A stretch of 64,000 nt of DNA from an uncultured archaeon. Lineage in GTDB: Archaea; Halobacteriota; Methanosarcinia; Methanosarcinales; Methanoperedenaceae. Of this stretch, positions 18,268 through 30,004 are shown in pieces. A program made the translations under genes and the position numbers. The stretch spans positions 312-64,311 of the forward strand of contig CABMCA010000002.1 of assembly GCA_902384525.1 (NCBI GenBank). The letters are read 5' to 3'. The stretch's first letter is position 1, and the number at the start of each line of letters is the position of its first letter. A model generated the notes under the pieces. The model was not told where the DNA came from and made no database searches. It saw only the letters and a list, made by a program, of their open reading frames with translations.

Positions 18268-19221
18268 TTACGCCTCCAGTGCTACAGGCGCTGCAGTTGC
18301 TGCCAGTACCCTCTTAATGTCTTCTTCTATGGGTTTTACATCCTGCTTTATACTGTTAACGAGTATGAACCTGTCAAGCTTTGTTCCGGTTACAACATAA
18401 TAGCGTCCCACGAGCTTGCTCTTGATAACATCAAGCACAACAGCCTGGTCAAGCGCTTCTGTTGCCATTTCCTTTGCTTTATCAAGGATGATGCCGGTAA
18501 AAGCTTCCGTCACTTCCCTGTTCATCAGGATATCCTGCACTTTTTCCCCGTTATCCATGACAGCTTTGACTCTCAGGTCATATATTCCATCGACCTTCCC
18601 GTGTTCGCCGCATGCGCCTTTTATTAGCGCCCTCTTGCATTCCGGGCACCGCTTTATCAGGCCTGAGCCGCTCTGGATATCAACGATCGCGCCCTGGAAT
18701 TCGACAAGAGTGTTTCCTACCTTGATATCTTCAGGTATAGGGATAATTTCAGTAGTCTTGTTCAGGCTGATGCTAAAACGCCCCTGCCATTCGGAAGTTG
18801 CAACATTCTTGAATATATAGCTTTTTCCTTCCTCGACCTGGGGAAGGTTTGCCTTTGTCCATTTCTTGAATGCCACTGTTCCTGATTCATCACCCAGCAA
18901 TCCTGTCTGGGAAAGAGATTCATGGTTTGTCTCCCACAACTGCACCACTTTGCAGCGAAGAGTCACCCACTTTCCATCCTCTTTTATATCTGATGCTTTA
19001 ACCTGCGGCGTTTCACGCTGCGTGAAAAATTCAGTCTTCGGGATATTATATTTCTTTAAAAAGTGATTTGTTACGTTTCGACGAGCTTCTTCAGGCGGGA
19101 CCTTGAACTTGTTGATCAATTGATCCAGCATTGTATTGATTTCACTTGTCTCTACTTTAACGCCCAGTTCCAAGAATCGGGCTTCTATCTGTTTTGCTAT
19201 TTCTATCATATCTTTCCTCAA
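18268..19221 (-). CDS. rpa: Replication protein A (OB folds plus zinc finger)
   Basis: SQTGLLGDESG OB fold; CPEC...CGEH zinc finger; YDLRVKAVMDNG. Confidence 0.85.
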   Translation of the reverse strand: MRKDMIEIAKQIEARFLELGVKVETSEINTMLDQLINKFKVPPEEARRNVTNHFLKKYNIPKTEFFTQRETPQVKASDIKEDGKWVTLRCKVVQLWETNHESLSQTGLLGDESGTVAFKKWTKANLPQVEEGKSYIFKNVATSEWQGRFSISLNKTTEIIPIPEDIKVGNTLVEFQGAIVDIQSGSGLIKRCPECKRALIKGACGEHGKVDGIYDLRVKAVMDNGEKVQDILMNREVTEAFTGIILDKAKEMATEALDQAVVLDVIKSKLVGRYYVVTGTKLDRFILVNSIKQDVKPIEEDIKRVLAATAAPVALEA

Positions 19222-19339
19222 GCCTCTTGTTTAATTTTTGTGTTTGAGAGGCAATTCTAACTTATCCTGTGAGCATATAAACCTTACCGGAGCGGGGTGA
19301 AAGTAATATATTAATATGCTGAAATTTCATTAAAAAGAG

Positions 19340-20125
19340 ATGAAAAATATAAGTTATCCTGAAATAAAAGATAAAATTGTTGCTTTCATAAACTCCAGAG
19401 TCACAGGATCAGGAGCAAAGGGGGCTGTTATCGGTTTAAGCGGGGGTATTGATTCCGCATTGACAGTATTTCTCACAGTTTCCGCCCTTGGCAAGGAAAA
19501 TGTACTGGGCTTGATGCTTCCGGAAAAAGGTATCTCATCAAAGCAGGATGTTGATGATGCTATTGAAGTCGCCAATATCCTTGGCATTGAATATAAAATA
19601 ATCGAAATATCGCCTGTTCTTGCTTCATTTTCATCCGCAATTCCCATTTTTGACAGCAAGGCAAAGACCGCTAACGGAAACCTGAAAGCGCGAATACGTA
19701 TGTGCATTCTGTACTATCATGCGAATCTCATGGGCCGCATGGTGGTCGGTACCGGGAATAAAACCGAACTGCTTCTTGGATATTTTACAAAATACGGCGA
19801 TGGTGGCGTTGATATCGAGCCAACTGGGGATCTTTATAAAACCCAGGTGCGCAGCCTGTCAAAATATATGGGTATTCCTACCCGAATTATTGAAAAAACA
19901 CCCACCGCAGGACTATGGCCCGGGCAAACCGATGAAAGTGAACTGGGTGTGTCCTATGATATGGCCGATCAGATACTCACCATGCTTGTCGATGAAAAAA
20001 AGAATATTTCCGAGATAAAGGCCAGATTCCCGCCTGAAATAGTGGATAAACTGGCAGCACGCATCTCGGCAAGCGGGCACAAGAGAATGCCCCCGCCGGT
20101 GATTGAAATAGGCACAAATCTGTGA
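19340..20125 (+). CDS. nadE: NH3-dependent NAD+ synthetase
   Basis: GLSGGIDS, NLKARIRM, YFTKYGDG, PTAGLWPGQTDE. Confidence 0.95.
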   Translation: MKNISYPEIKDKIVAFINSRVTGSGAKGAVIGLSGGIDSALTVFLTVSALGKENVLGLMLPEKGISSKQDVDDAIEVANILGIEYKIIEISPVLASFSSAIPIFDSKAKTANGNLKARIRMCILYYHANLMGRMVVGTGNKTELLLGYFTKYGDGGVDIEPTGDLYKTQVRSLSKYMGIPTRIIEKTPTAGLWPGQTDESELGVSYDMADQILTMLVDEKKNISEIKARFPPEIVDKLAARISASGHKRMPPPVIEIGTNL

Positions 20126-20322
20126 AAATCCGTGGCATCCGTGTTCAAAAAATGTGCGGCGCTACCTCCATCTGTCCTGAGCGAACAGAAGCCTCAACAC
20201 TGAGTGAATATTTGATCTTAAAGTTGATGTCCTTTGACTGTTGGGGTAATATAGAATTCTCACCGAAAATAACGCAAGTGTCGCAAGGATTTTGCTGCTA
20301 AACTTTGACCTTTGCGGTGAAT

Positions 20323-21588
20323 TTAGTTTAACTCTTTAGAAAATCTTACAAGCGGCTTTGACAGGTGCCGCCTTGCGCATGGCGGGACTTCATAGAATCC
20401 CGGCAAAATATTTCTCTGTATGGTCTCTATTACCTGTTCTTTTCTAATTGAACCACATTTCCCGCATCTATAACCCTGTTCTTTTCCCATTGATTTCATT
20501 CGTTTATCGCAACATACCGGATTTCGCAATTCCTGCATATTCAATCGATCGATCCTGATCTTTTCAAGGTTCAGCGTCCTGTCTTTAACACTTCCGAAGA
20601 CTTTTACCTCATCTCCTGCCCTGAGTTCCCTGATAATGCGCCTGAAACCCTTTGTAGGCTCAAAGGCCGCGCACTCAATGGATGTGCCGTTCTCTGAAAT
20701 TTCAACGATGATGTGCCCCCCGGTTATCGTTTTAGGGGGTTTGATGACAACGCCTTCAAGAATATACGAGCGGTCCTCCTTAACCTCCTGGATTTTTGCC
20801 CTGATAAGATGCATATCAGTATTCTGGTTCGTTTTAAAAACAACATGCCTTTCAACAGGTTCGCTTCTGATGAGCGAAAATGCACGTCTTACGGCTTCTT
20901 CGCTGTTTCCCCGTATTCCAAAAAGAATAGGATCAGGCGAGTGCGGCGCAAACACGATTCGCTCATTTTCTATATCAACCGTATCCCATGTATCAGGATG
21001 CGTTGCAGCATCTGCTGCAAATACCGATCCGGGGTCAATTTCACGCAATGAGCCCCAGCTTTTTTGTTCACGGTATGCAATAAGCTCATATGTATAATCA
21101 GGAAGGCCGCATAATGCAAAACCAGCCGCTGCGAGTGCCCCAATTAAACCTCTTTCATTCTTATATCCTTTGTGTGCAATATCATGGCGACTTAATATCT
21201 CCTTTGCTTCACGGATTTCCAATACATCCTGAACAGCTCGCATGGAAAATACGGAAAGGTCATTTGTCATACTCTGCGTTGAATTCTCGATAAAAACGAT
21301 TCCTGGGTTTGTGTTTTCTTCGGAAAAAACCGCCATTCTTTCAACTGTATCGATGACCAGTTCCTTGACTTTTTCTGAATCATTCCGGTCATTAAATTCA
21401 ATATCTATGGCCAAAGCTGCATTGCCTCGTGTTTTATATTTAATATTAGGATTAAGACGGATCAGGAGCGGGTAGTCTTTCAATTTGCCGTAAGGGATTA
21501 GTTTACTGATCAGCACCGCCATAAGATAGGTCGTGCACATGCCATCTCTTGAATCAGTGTCATCGAGTCCAATAATCATAAGCCTCAC
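20323..21588 (-). CDS. tiaS: tRNA(Ile2) agmatidine synthetase
   Basis: IGLDDTDSRDGMCTT, LIRLNPNIKYKTRGN, FAPHSPDPILFGIRG, FEPT, C-terminal zinc ribbon, EVPPCARRHLSKP. Confidence 0.93.
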   Translation of the reverse strand: MRLMIIGLDDTDSRDGMCTTYLMAVLISKLIPYGKLKDYPLLIRLNPNIKYKTRGNAALAIDIEFNDRNDSEKVKELVIDTVERMAVFSEENTNPGIVFIENSTQSMTNDLSVFSMRAVQDVLEIREAKEILSRHDIAHKGYKNERGLIGALAAAGFALCGLPDYTYELIAYREQKSWGSLREIDPGSVFAADAATHPDTWDTVDIENERIVFAPHSPDPILFGIRGNSEEAVRRAFSLIRSEPVERHVVFKTNQNTDMHLIRAKIQEVKEDRSYILEGVVIKPPKTITGGHIIVEISENGTSIECAAFEPTKGFRRIIRELRAGDEVKVFGSVKDRTLNLEKIRIDRLNMQELRNPVCCDKRMKSMGKEQGYRCGKCGSIRKEQVIETIQRNILPGFYEVPPCARRHLSKPLVRFSKELN

Positions 21589-21650
21589 ACATACATACCT
21601 GTATAAAAATTATTGGCAACCTTTTATATAGATGAAGAAACAATCAAAAT

Positions 21651-22619
21651 TTGATGAATAAAGAGTCGCTCATAAATCGGGCTTTTGTCATTTTGACACG
21701 TGCGGGTTTTATCATTTCAGAACGCTGTGACACCCGCCCCAGAAGTTTTGATATAGCAGTAAGAAGAGATAACCTATTGCTATTGATAAAAGTAATTTCC
21801 AATATTGATGGCCTGAACGAAGAAACTACAAGGGAAATGCAGATCCTTTCGAAACAACTGCATGGATATCCAATAGTCATTGGTGAAAAAACCCGTGACC
21901 ATTCATTGGAAACAGGTGTAGTATACTTCAGGTATGGTGTTCCCGCATTTGACATAAAAACAATGCAGGATTATTTTATTGATGATCTGCCGCCCCTGAT
22001 ATATGCTGAACATGGCGGTTTGTATGTAAATATTGAGGGAAATATCCTTAAAGAGGAACGCATCAGGAAAAACATTTCACTTGGTGCTCTTGCATCCATG
22101 CTTGGCGTTTCGCGAAGAACGATAAGCAAGTATGAAGATGGGGAAATGGCAGCAAGTGTTGATGTAGCTATCAAGCTTGAAGAATTAATGGACCGGGGAT
22201 TTACAGTTTCAGTCAATTTATTTGACAAACTTCATCGTGAGGATACGCAAAAACAGGAGACGGCACTGGAACATTCAAATGTATTCTCCATCCTGCAGGA
22301 TATGGGTTTTAATGTCATGCCTATTTCACAGGCGCCATTTGATGCAGTATCACAATCCTCAACCCGAAGGGATGAAGATGCCACGATATTGACAGGGGTA
22401 GCTGAATATTCACGGACCATGGTGAAGAAAGCGCATCTGATGAGCAGTATATCAGAAGTCGCCGGTACACAGTCGCTATTAATTATCCAGGGAGTGAGCA
22501 AAACAAAGAATATTGAAGGAACTGTTGTTATTGATAATAAAGAGCTTGAAAAATTCAATGATAAAGACGATTTTATAGACCTGCTGCAGGAAAGAAGGCC
22601 AAAGATCAAAGTTTCCTAA
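21651..22619 (+). CDS. Conserved archaeal HTH transcriptional regulator (MJ1164-like)
   Basis: N-terminal PD-(D/E)xK-like FDIAVRR..LLIKV; central Cro/C1 HTH SLGALASMLGVSRRTISKYE. Confidence 0.8.
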   Translation: MMNKESLINRAFVILTRAGFIISERCDTRPRSFDIAVRRDNLLLLIKVISNIDGLNEETTREMQILSKQLHGYPIVIGEKTRDHSLETGVVYFRYGVPAFDIKTMQDYFIDDLPPLIYAEHGGLYVNIEGNILKEERIRKNISLGALASMLGVSRRTISKYEDGEMAASVDVAIKLEELMDRGFTVSVNLFDKLHREDTQKQETALEHSNVFSILQDMGFNVMPISQAPFDAVSQSSTRRDEDATILTGVAEYSRTMVKKAHLMSSISEVAGTQSLLIIQGVSKTKNIEGTVVIDNKELEKFNDKDDFIDLLQERRPKIKVS

Positions 22620-22762
22620 ATAAGTGATGAAATCGTGTACAGTGTTGATATATTTTTCTTTCTTCTTTCATAAAAAATCAAGAAAATCAATGCTTTTTAC
22701 ACGCAAATTATTTATAGAACTACAAACACTTAGAAACATCTTCATTCTGGAGGTAACTCATT

Positions 22763-24406
22763 ATGGCAGGACAGTTAAACGGACAGCCTATTATCATATT
22801 AGACAGAGACAGCACAAGAACACAGGGAAAAGATGCTCTGGGGTTTAATATCTCAGCAGCAAAAGCGGTAGCAGATGCAGTAAGAACAACACTTGGCCCG
22901 AAAGGCATGGACAAAATGCTTGTTGATGCGGTAGGGGATGTCGTAATCACCAATGACGGCGCCACAATATTGCGAAAAATGGATATAAAGCACCCGGCTG
23001 CAAAAATGATGGTTGAAATTGCCCGCACACAGGAAGATAAGGCAGGCGATGGAACAACAAGCGTAGTCGTTCTTGCAGGTGAGCTTTTAAACAAAGCCCA
23101 TACTCTTGTTGAACAGGGCGTTCATCCCACAATGATCACAAGAGGTTACAGTCTTGCGTCAATAAAAGCTCTTGAGATCCTTGATGAGATCGCTATTGAT
23201 GCTTCTGATGAAGTGCTTGAAAACATCGCAAGAACAGCTCTTACCGGAAAAAGTGCAGACCTTGCTCTTGATTCACTTGTAAGGTTATGTGTTGAGACTG
23301 CCAGATCGATTAAAGAAGGCGGAAAAGTTAACATAAAGGAAAATATCAATATTATACACCAGCGCGGCGGCAGCATAAAAGATACAAAATTCATCCATGG
23401 GCTTGTTATTGACAAAGCAAGGGCGCATAAGAATATGCCAAAGCGTGTTGAGAATGCAAAGATAGCGGTACTTGACACCGGAATAGAAGTAGAGAAGACA
23501 CAGGTGAAATCAACGCTCAAGATAACGTCTCCGGAACTCATTTCCGAAGCAAGGCTTGAAGAGAGTAAGCTTATAGAAGAGAAAATTGAAGCGTTTGCAA
23601 AAAGCGGCGCAAACGTCATATTCACTGAAAAAGGCATAGACGATATCGGCATGCATTACCTTGCAAAGAAGGGTATCTTCGCAGTAAGAAGATGCAACAC
23701 TGAAGAGCTTAAAAAACTTGTAAAAGCCACAGGAGCCCGCGTAGTCTCAAAACTGGACGGCGTTGAAGCAACGGATCTTGGAAAAGCAGCTCTTGTGGAA
23801 GAGCGTGGCGTTGGCAATTATAAGATGGTCTATGTAGAGGGTTGCGAGAATCCAAAAGCAGTATCTATTTTGATCTACAGCGGCGCAGAACATGTTGCTG
23901 ATGAAGTGGAGCGAGCCCTTGATGATGCCCTGCGCGTTGTAGGTGTTGTCATAGAAGATGGCAAAATCGTAGCAGGCGGCGGCTCACCGGAAATAGAGAT
24001 CGCCACAAAACTCCGGAAATACGCAACAACGTATGGAGGAAGGGAGCAATTAGCGATAATGGCATATGCGGATGCGCTTGAGGAAATACCCAAAGCCATA
24101 GCGGAAAATGCAGGTCTTGATGCGATTGATATTATAGTTGATCTCAGGAATAAACATGATAAAGGCGTAAAGAACGTGGGATTGAATGTCTTTTCAGGGA
24201 AAGCAGCAGACATGCTCAAAATCGGTGTAATTGAACCCCTTCGTGTCAAGACCCAGGAAATCAAGTCGGCAACTGACGCGGCAGTGATGATCCTGAGGAT
24301 CAACGATATCCTGACAGCAAAAGAAACAGGCATGATGGATGTCAAACCCGAACATACGGCAGACTATTATGATGGTATCCAGGCCCCTGATGTGGGGGAA
24401 GACTAA
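22763..24406 (+). CDS. Thermosome (group II chaperonin) subunit
   Basis: [32 protein letters not shown]. Confidence 0.95.
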   Translation: MAGQLNGQPIIILDRDSTRTQGKDALGFNISAAKAVADAVRTTLGPKGMDKMLVDAVGDVVITNDGATILRKMDIKHPAAKMMVEIARTQEDKAGDGTTSVVVLAGELLNKAHTLVEQGVHPTMITRGYSLASIKALEILDEIAIDASDEVLENIARTALTGKSADLALDSLVRLCVETARSIKEGGKVNIKENINIIHQRGGSIKDTKFIHGLVIDKARAHKNMPKRVENAKIAVLDTGIEVEKTQVKSTLKITSPELISEARLEESKLIEEKIEAFAKSGANVIFTEKGIDDIGMHYLAKKGIFAVRRCNTEELKKLVKATGARVVSKLDGVEATDLGKAALVEERGVGNYKMVYVEGCENPKAVSILIYSGAEHVADEVERALDDALRVVGVVIEDGKIVAGGGSPEIEIATKLRKYATTYGGREQLAIMAYADALEEIPKAIAENAGLDAIDIIVDLRNKHDKGVKNVGLNVFSGKAADMLKIGVIEPLRVKTQEIKSATDAAVMILRINDILTAKETGMMDVKPEHTADYYDGIQAPDVGED

Positions 24407-24513
24407 CATTATATAGAATGAATTTCAAACTAATATAATATATTCAGGGAAAGTGGTGTTGTATTGTATGAATCTGAAATTTAATTTTTTAATTCTGAAT
24501 GGAGTCGTCATAA

Positions 24514-25122
24514 TTGAAAACAAGTGAAAACAATAATAAAGAGGATGGTGGAGAAACAGAATTGGAGCTCCCGGAAGCGCAAGAGGAGATAACTGAAACT
24601 GAAACAACAGAAGAAAAACTCGAGAAAGAATTAAGTATCGCAAAAAAAAAACTCGAAGAAGAAAAAGACAGGTGTCTTCGCCTGAATGCAGAATTCGATA
24701 ATCTCCGAAAGAGGAATATCAAAGAGAGGGATGAATTCATAAAATATGCAAATGAAAAGCTTATACAGGAATTCATAGATGTATTTGAGAGTCTTGAGCG
24801 GGGAATTGAAAATGCCAAAAAAGCTGATAATAAGGATAAATTGATCGAAGGCATGGAACTTGTATATAAGCAATTTAAAGTCGTCCTTGAAAAAAACGGT
24901 CTTGTCCCCATCAAAGCGCTGGGTGAGAAATTCGATCATCGTAAGCATGAAGCGATGATGCAAACGCTTACGGATGAACAGGAAGAGGATACAATACTCG
25001 AAGAATTTGCAAAAGGCTATATGCTAAATGGGAAAGTCATTCGTTATTCTAAAGTCAGAGTATCGAAAAGGAAAGGATCAGAAAAAGAACCTGATACTGA
25101 AATAGAAAATGAGGTGAAATAA
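24514..25122 (+). CDS. grpE: Nucleotide exchange factor GrpE
   Basis: [31 protein letters not shown]; the track uses a TTG start. Confidence 0.93.
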   Translation: MKTSENNNKEDGGETELELPEAQEEITETETTEEKLEKELSIAKKKLEEEKDRCLRLNAEFDNLRKRNIKERDEFIKYANEKLIQEFIDVFESLERGIENAKKADNKDKLIEGMELVYKQFKVVLEKNGLVPIKALGEKFDHRKHEAMMQTLTDEQEEDTILEEFAKGYMLNGKVIRYSKVRVSKRKGSEKEPDTEIENEVK

Positions 25123-26999
25123 TGGCAAAAATAATTGGAATCGATCTGGGTACAAGTAATTCAGCGGCTGCAGTAATGCAGGGGAACAGACCTGTAATAA
25201 TACCGAGTGCTGAGGGGACATCCCTTGGTGGTAAAGCATTTCCGTCATATGTGGCATTCACAAAAGACGGGCAAAGACTGGTGGGGGAGGCTGCAAGAAG
25301 GCAGGCAGTAACAAATCCGGAAGGTACAGCGTATGCGTTCAAGAGAAAGATGGGTACAGATTATAAGTATAATCTTCGCAGTAAGGAATACAGGCCGCAG
25401 GAGCTTTCAGCTTTTTTGCTCCAGAAAATAAAACAGGATGCTGAGGCGTTCCTTGGTGATAAGGTAGAAAAAGCTGTAATTACCGTGCCCGCATATTTTA
25501 ATGATAACCAGAGGCAGGCAACCAAGGACGCCGGGGAGATAGCCGGACTTGAGGTCGTAAGGATTATTAATGAACCCACAGCAGCGGCGCTTGCATACGG
25601 TCTTGATAAAACAGGCGACCAGAAGATCATGGTATTTGACCTGGGCGGAGGGACTCTTGATGTAACAATAATGGAACTGGGCGGCGGCGTATTTGAAGTC
25701 AAGTCCACAGCAGGCGATACACAGCTTGGCGGCACTGATATGGATAACAGGCTTGTGGATTACATCGCAGAGGAATTCAAGAAGGAACACGGCATTGACC
25801 TTCGAAAGGACAGGGTTGCAAACCAGAGATTGAGAGATGCAGCCGAGAAAGCAAAAATCGAGCTCTCATCAACCCTGACAACCGAGATAAACCAGCCATT
25901 CATTACGGCGGATGCAAGCGGCCCCAAACACCTGACAATGACGCTGACACGTTCAAAACTTGAGGAAGTTATACGTCCTGAAATAGACAGGTGCCGCGCG
26001 CCAATGGAGCAGGCATTATCGGATGCGAAACTTACAAAGGATGACGTTAAAAGAGTCATCCTTGTTGGCGGACCTACAAGGATGCCAATAGTGCAGAAAT
26101 TCGTAGAGGACTATGTTGGTAAGAAAGTGGAAGGAGGCGTTGATCCCATGGAATGCGTGGCAATGGGCGCAGCTATCCAGGCAGGTGTGCTTGCAGGCGA
26201 AGTCAAGGACATCCTTCTTCTTGACGTTACACCTCTGACGCTTGGTATTGAAACGCTGGGTCATGTAATGACAAAGCTCATTGACAGGAACACCACGATC
26301 CCGACGCGAAAGAGCCAGATATTCTCAACAGCGGCTGATACCCAGACAACCGTTGAAATCCATGTTCTGCAAGGGGAGAGGGCTATGTCATACGATAACG
26401 TTACACTTGGCAGGTTCAATCTCGTAGGTATTCCGCCGGCACCACGCGGGATCCCGCAGATAGAGGTTACTTTTGATATTGATGCTAACGGCATCCTTCA
26501 TGTAACCGCAAAAGATCTTGGAACAGGTAAAGAGCAGAAGATGACAATAACAGCGCCCCTTAAAATGGCTTCTGATGAGATAGACAGGAAGATAAAAGAC
26601 GCTGAGAAATTTGCTGATGAAGACAAACAGAGAAAAGAAAAGGTGGAAACGCTTAACCAGGCTGATACGCTTGTATACACTACAGAGAAGACCCTTAAGG
26701 AGCTAGGGGATAAAGTCAGCGGCGACCAGAAACAGAAAGTCGAAAAAGCTCTTGAGATTATAAAGGATGCGATCAAGAGCGATGATGTGAACAGGATAAA
26801 ATCAGCCATAGAAGACCTTACAAAAGAGATGCACGCGATCAGTACCATATTGTACCAGCAGCAGGCTCAGCAACAACAGGGGCAACAACAGGGACAGCAA
26901 GAACCACAGGGTGAGCAGCAGACAGGTCAACAGGAAGAGAAGAAGGATGAGAAAGTTACGGATGCTGAATATAAGGTAGTGGATGAGGATAAGAAGTAG
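25122..26999 (+). CDS. dnaK: Chaperone DnaK (Hsp70)
   Basis: [27 protein letters not shown], Gln-rich acidic tail. Confidence 0.97.
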   Translation: MAKIIGIDLGTSNSAAAVMQGNRPVIIPSAEGTSLGGKAFPSYVAFTKDGQRLVGEAARRQAVTNPEGTAYAFKRKMGTDYKYNLRSKEYRPQELSAFLLQKIKQDAEAFLGDKVEKAVITVPAYFNDNQRQATKDAGEIAGLEVVRIINEPTAAALAYGLDKTGDQKIMVFDLGGGTLDVTIMELGGGVFEVKSTAGDTQLGGTDMDNRLVDYIAEEFKKEHGIDLRKDRVANQRLRDAAEKAKIELSSTLTTEINQPFITADASGPKHLTMTLTRSKLEEVIRPEIDRCRAPMEQALSDAKLTKDDVKRVILVGGPTRMPIVQKFVEDYVGKKVEGGVDPMECVAMGAAIQAGVLAGEVKDILLLDVTPLTLGIETLGHVMTKLIDRNTTIPTRKSQIFSTAADTQTTVEIHVLQGERAMSYDNVTLGRFNLVGIPPAPRGIPQIEVTFDIDANGILHVTAKDLGTGKEQKMTITAPLKMASDEIDRKIKDAEKFADEDKQRKEKVETLNQADTLVYTTEKTLKELGDKVSGDQKQKVEKALEIIKDAIKSDDVNRIKSAIEDLTKEMHAISTILYQQQAQQQQGQQQGQQEPQGEQQTGQQEEKKDEKVTDAEYKVVDEDKK

Positions 27000-27145
27000 A
27001 GATATTTCAGTATTCGCTGGAATAAAAGGAGTTAATATAAACACTCCTTTTATTTTTTAATTTTCTTCGAACTGTTTTATTTAGCTTCTCACCAATTGGC
27101 AATCCTTATATTTACATATCGCATCTTGGGGTTCGGAGAATTTTA

Positions 27146-28045
27146 TTGACCACTACATGCGCAGCCCCGGGCAAAATATACCTGTTTGGTGAGCATGCCG
27201 TGGTATATGGTGAACCCGCGATCGCCTGCGCAGTGGAACTTCGAACCCGCGTTGCAGTAAAAAGATCAAATGATATTTCGATCTCATCAAATATCGGGAC
27301 AACAGGGCTTGATTTCCATATCCATCCTTATGTTTCGTCAGCTATACAGAAACTGGATTCTCCTGACGTTTCAATAGAAATAACCTCCCGGATCCCTGTA
27401 GGCTCAGGCCTTGGCTCATCTGCTGCGGTAACAGTAGCAACACTTGAGGCTATCAATATCGAATGCGGCCTTGGATATGATAAAACCAATATTGCAAAAA
27501 TGGCGCATGAGATAGAACGGAAAGTGCAGGGAGCTGCAAGTCCTACTGATACATTTGTTTCGACTTTTGGCGGGGTAGTTGAAATACCTTCCAGAAAAAA
27601 GCTTGACCTCCTTGATTGCGGTATCGTTATCGGTAATACCAATAAAGGCGCTTCGCCCAAAAAAACCGCACAACTTGTAAAACAGGTAGCCCAACTTAAG
27701 AAAGAATACCCTGATTTCATTGATCCTATAATCAAAATCATCGGTTCATTTGCAAGACACGGAGAGATCATGGTAATGCAAAAAAATTATAGAGATCTGG
27801 GTAAACTGATGAATGTCAATCATGGATTGCTTGATGCGCTTGGCGTGTGCACGATGGAATTATCCGCCCTTGTTTATGCTGCACGTAATGCCGGCGCATA
27901 CGGGGCAAAACTAACAGGCGCCGGAGGCGGCGGATGCATGGTAGCGCTTACTGATTCTCCGGAGAAAGTAGCTAACGCGATTGAGAAAGCCGGAGGTAGC
28001 GCAATTATTTCAAGTTTTACTCCTGATGGGGTGTTACAGGTTTGA
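27146..28045 (+). CDS. mvk: Mevalonate kinase
   Basis: PGKIYLFGEHAVVYG, PVGSGLGSSAA, KLTGAGGGG. Confidence 0.93.
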   Translation: MTTTCAAPGKIYLFGEHAVVYGEPAIACAVELRTRVAVKRSNDISISSNIGTTGLDFHIHPYVSSAIQKLDSPDVSIEITSRIPVGSGLGSSAAVTVATLEAINIECGLGYDKTNIAKMAHEIERKVQGAASPTDTFVSTFGGVVEIPSRKKLDLLDCGIVIGNTNKGASPKKTAQLVKQVAQLKKEYPDFIDPIIKIIGSFARHGEIMVMQKNYRDLGKLMNVNHGLLDALGVCTMELSALVYAARNAGAYGAKLTGAGGGGCMVALTDSPEKVANAIEKAGGSAIISSFTPDGVLQV

Positions 28046-28809
28046 GCCTTATCATACTGAAGATCGGTGGAAGTGTAATTACTGAAAAAAGTTCAATATC
28101 AAGAGCAAAAGACGCTGAAATTGACAGGATATCAAATGAGATCGTTTCATTTAAAAAAGATTCGGATTCACAGCTTATCCTTGTTCATGGGGCAGGTTCA
28201 TTCGGTCATCCGCAGGCCATGAAATACAGGTTGAACGAAGGATTTGATGCAAAAGGCGCATATCTTACCCATGTTTCTGTGAAAGAATTGAATTCAAAAG
28301 TTTTGGAATCATTGAATAATGCAGGTGCTCATGCCCTGCCAGTTCATCCTTTAAGCTCATGCCTTCTGGAGAATGGGAAGATAATTGATTTCCAGGTCGG
28401 GCATATAAAAGTGATGATTGAAAAAGGCATTATTCCTGTACTTCACGGAGATGTGGTTATGGACAGGATCAAAGGCGCTTTGGTTCTTTCAGGTGACAGG
28501 ATAATCCCGCATCTTGCAATCGCTTTGAATGCTTCGCAAATCGGTGCGGGAAGCGATGTTGATGGAGTACTCGATAACAATGATGCGGTTATTAAAAAAA
28601 TAACGCAGTACAGTTTTGTTGACATGAGAAAAAATATCAAGGGTTCAGGTTCAACAGACGTGACAGGCGGAATGCTCGGAAAAGTATCGGAGCTGCTGGA
28701 ACTTGCCAATAAAGGAATAAGCTCCAGGATATTCAATGCTTCCCGGAAAGGTGTAGTATCAAGATTTTTATATGGAGAAGATGTTGGAACCTTGATCTCA
28801 GACAAATGA
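28042..28809 (+). CDS. ipk: Isopentenyl phosphate kinase
   Basis: KIGGSVIT, VHGAGSFGH, DVTGGMLGK. Confidence 0.92.
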   Translation: MSLIILKIGGSVITEKSSISRAKDAEIDRISNEIVSFKKDSDSQLILVHGAGSFGHPQAMKYRLNEGFDAKGAYLTHVSVKELNSKVLESLNNAGAHALPVHPLSSCLLENGKIIDFQVGHIKVMIEKGIIPVLHGDVVMDRIKGALVLSGDRIIPHLAIALNASQIGAGSDVDGVLDNNDAVIKKITQYSFVDMRKNIKGSGSTDVTGGMLGKVSELLELANKGISSRIFNASRKGVVSRFLYGEDVGTLISDK

Positions 28810-28842
28810 GTTATATATAGTGAATTTAATAAGGGATATGAA

Positions 28843-29949
28843 ATGAGTACGTCGGAAAGGAAGATAGAACATTTATTATTATGCGTTGAAAAAGATGTTG
28901 AAGCGCATAAGAGTAATACGGGTCTTCGGGCATCAGGTTTTGATGATATAGACCTTGTTCATAATTGTCTTCCGGAAATAAATAAAAATAATCTTTATCT
29001 TGAAACCGAATTCCTGGATAAGAAATTACGCGCACCCATATTGATAGCATCAATGACGGGAGGCCATCCGGACACTAAAGCTGTGAATGCAGCACTTGCC
29101 AGCGCAGCAGAAGAGCTTGGTATAGGTATCGGTGTGGGCAGCCAGAGAGCAGCGATCGAGGACCCCAGCATGGAGGATTCATTCAGGGTAGTAAGGGATA
29201 AAGCGCCCAATGCATTCATTTATGGAAATGTGGGCGCAGCACAGCTAAACGAATTCGGGATCGATGGACTTGAAAGGGCAGTCGAGATGATAGGTGCGGA
29301 TGCCATGGCCATTCACCTGAATTTTCTCCAGGAAGCTATACAACCTGAAGGAAATGTTGACGCCACAGGATGCCTTACAGCCATAAAGAAAGTCTGTGAG
29401 GAGCTATCTGTTCCTGTAATTGTAAAAGAAACAGGCGCGGGTATCGCTCATAATCAGGCTCTTGCAATATCCGAAGCAGGAGCATCTGCCATTGATGTAG
29501 GAGGTCGTGGAGGAACAAGCTGGGCAGGTGTTGAAACATATCGCGCACAAAAACGCGGAGACCTATTATCCGAACATCTTGGCAAAGAATTCTGGAATTG
29601 GGGAATACCCACAGCAGTAAGTATTGTGGAATCCAGTATTTCAATACCTGTAATTGCAACAGGCGGCATACGTTCAGGTATAGATGTGGCAAAATCCATC
29701 GCACTGGGTGCATCCCTTTGCGGAATTGCATTGCCTCTGGTAGCTCCTGCTTTAAAGGGACATAAGGATGTAGCAGACAGGTTGAATCTTATTATTGAAG
29801 AATTGCGGGTAGCTATGTTCTTGTGCGGATGCAGTACAATTGAAGAACTGGGCAACGTCGCTTTAGTGATACGCGGAAGCACGAAAGAGTTCCTGGGGCA
29901 GAGAGGATTTGAGACTGGTAAATTTGCAACAAAAAGATATAAGACATAG
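28843..29949 (+). CDS. fni: Type 2 isopentenyl-diphosphate isomerase
   Basis: RKIEH, SMTGG, GSQR, IHLNFLQE..QPEG, GGTSW. Confidence 0.95.
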   Translation: MSTSERKIEHLLLCVEKDVEAHKSNTGLRASGFDDIDLVHNCLPEINKNNLYLETEFLDKKLRAPILIASMTGGHPDTKAVNAALASAAEELGIGIGVGSQRAAIEDPSMEDSFRVVRDKAPNAFIYGNVGAAQLNEFGIDGLERAVEMIGADAMAIHLNFLQEAIQPEGNVDATGCLTAIKKVCEELSVPVIVKETGAGIAHNQALAISEAGASAIDVGGRGGTSWAGVETYRAQKRGDLLSEHLGKEFWNWGIPTAVSIVESSISIPVIATGGIRSGIDVAKSIALGASLCGIALPLVAPALKGHKDVADRLNLIIEELRVAMFLCGCSTIEELGNVALVIRGSTKEFLGQRGFETGKFATKRYKT

Positions 29950-30004
29950 TATAATAAATTATATTATAATAAAATACTATAATAGTAATTATGGAGTAAT
30001 TTAA

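Noticed and set aside
17818-18627. 269-aa plus-strand ORF and similar long antisense ORFs over clpB, dnaK, thermosome and pdxS
   Set aside because: Shadow frames of well-recognised genes, with no motifs.
26862-26940. CAG/CAA repeat tract
   Set aside because: Ordinary Gln-rich disordered DnaK tail.
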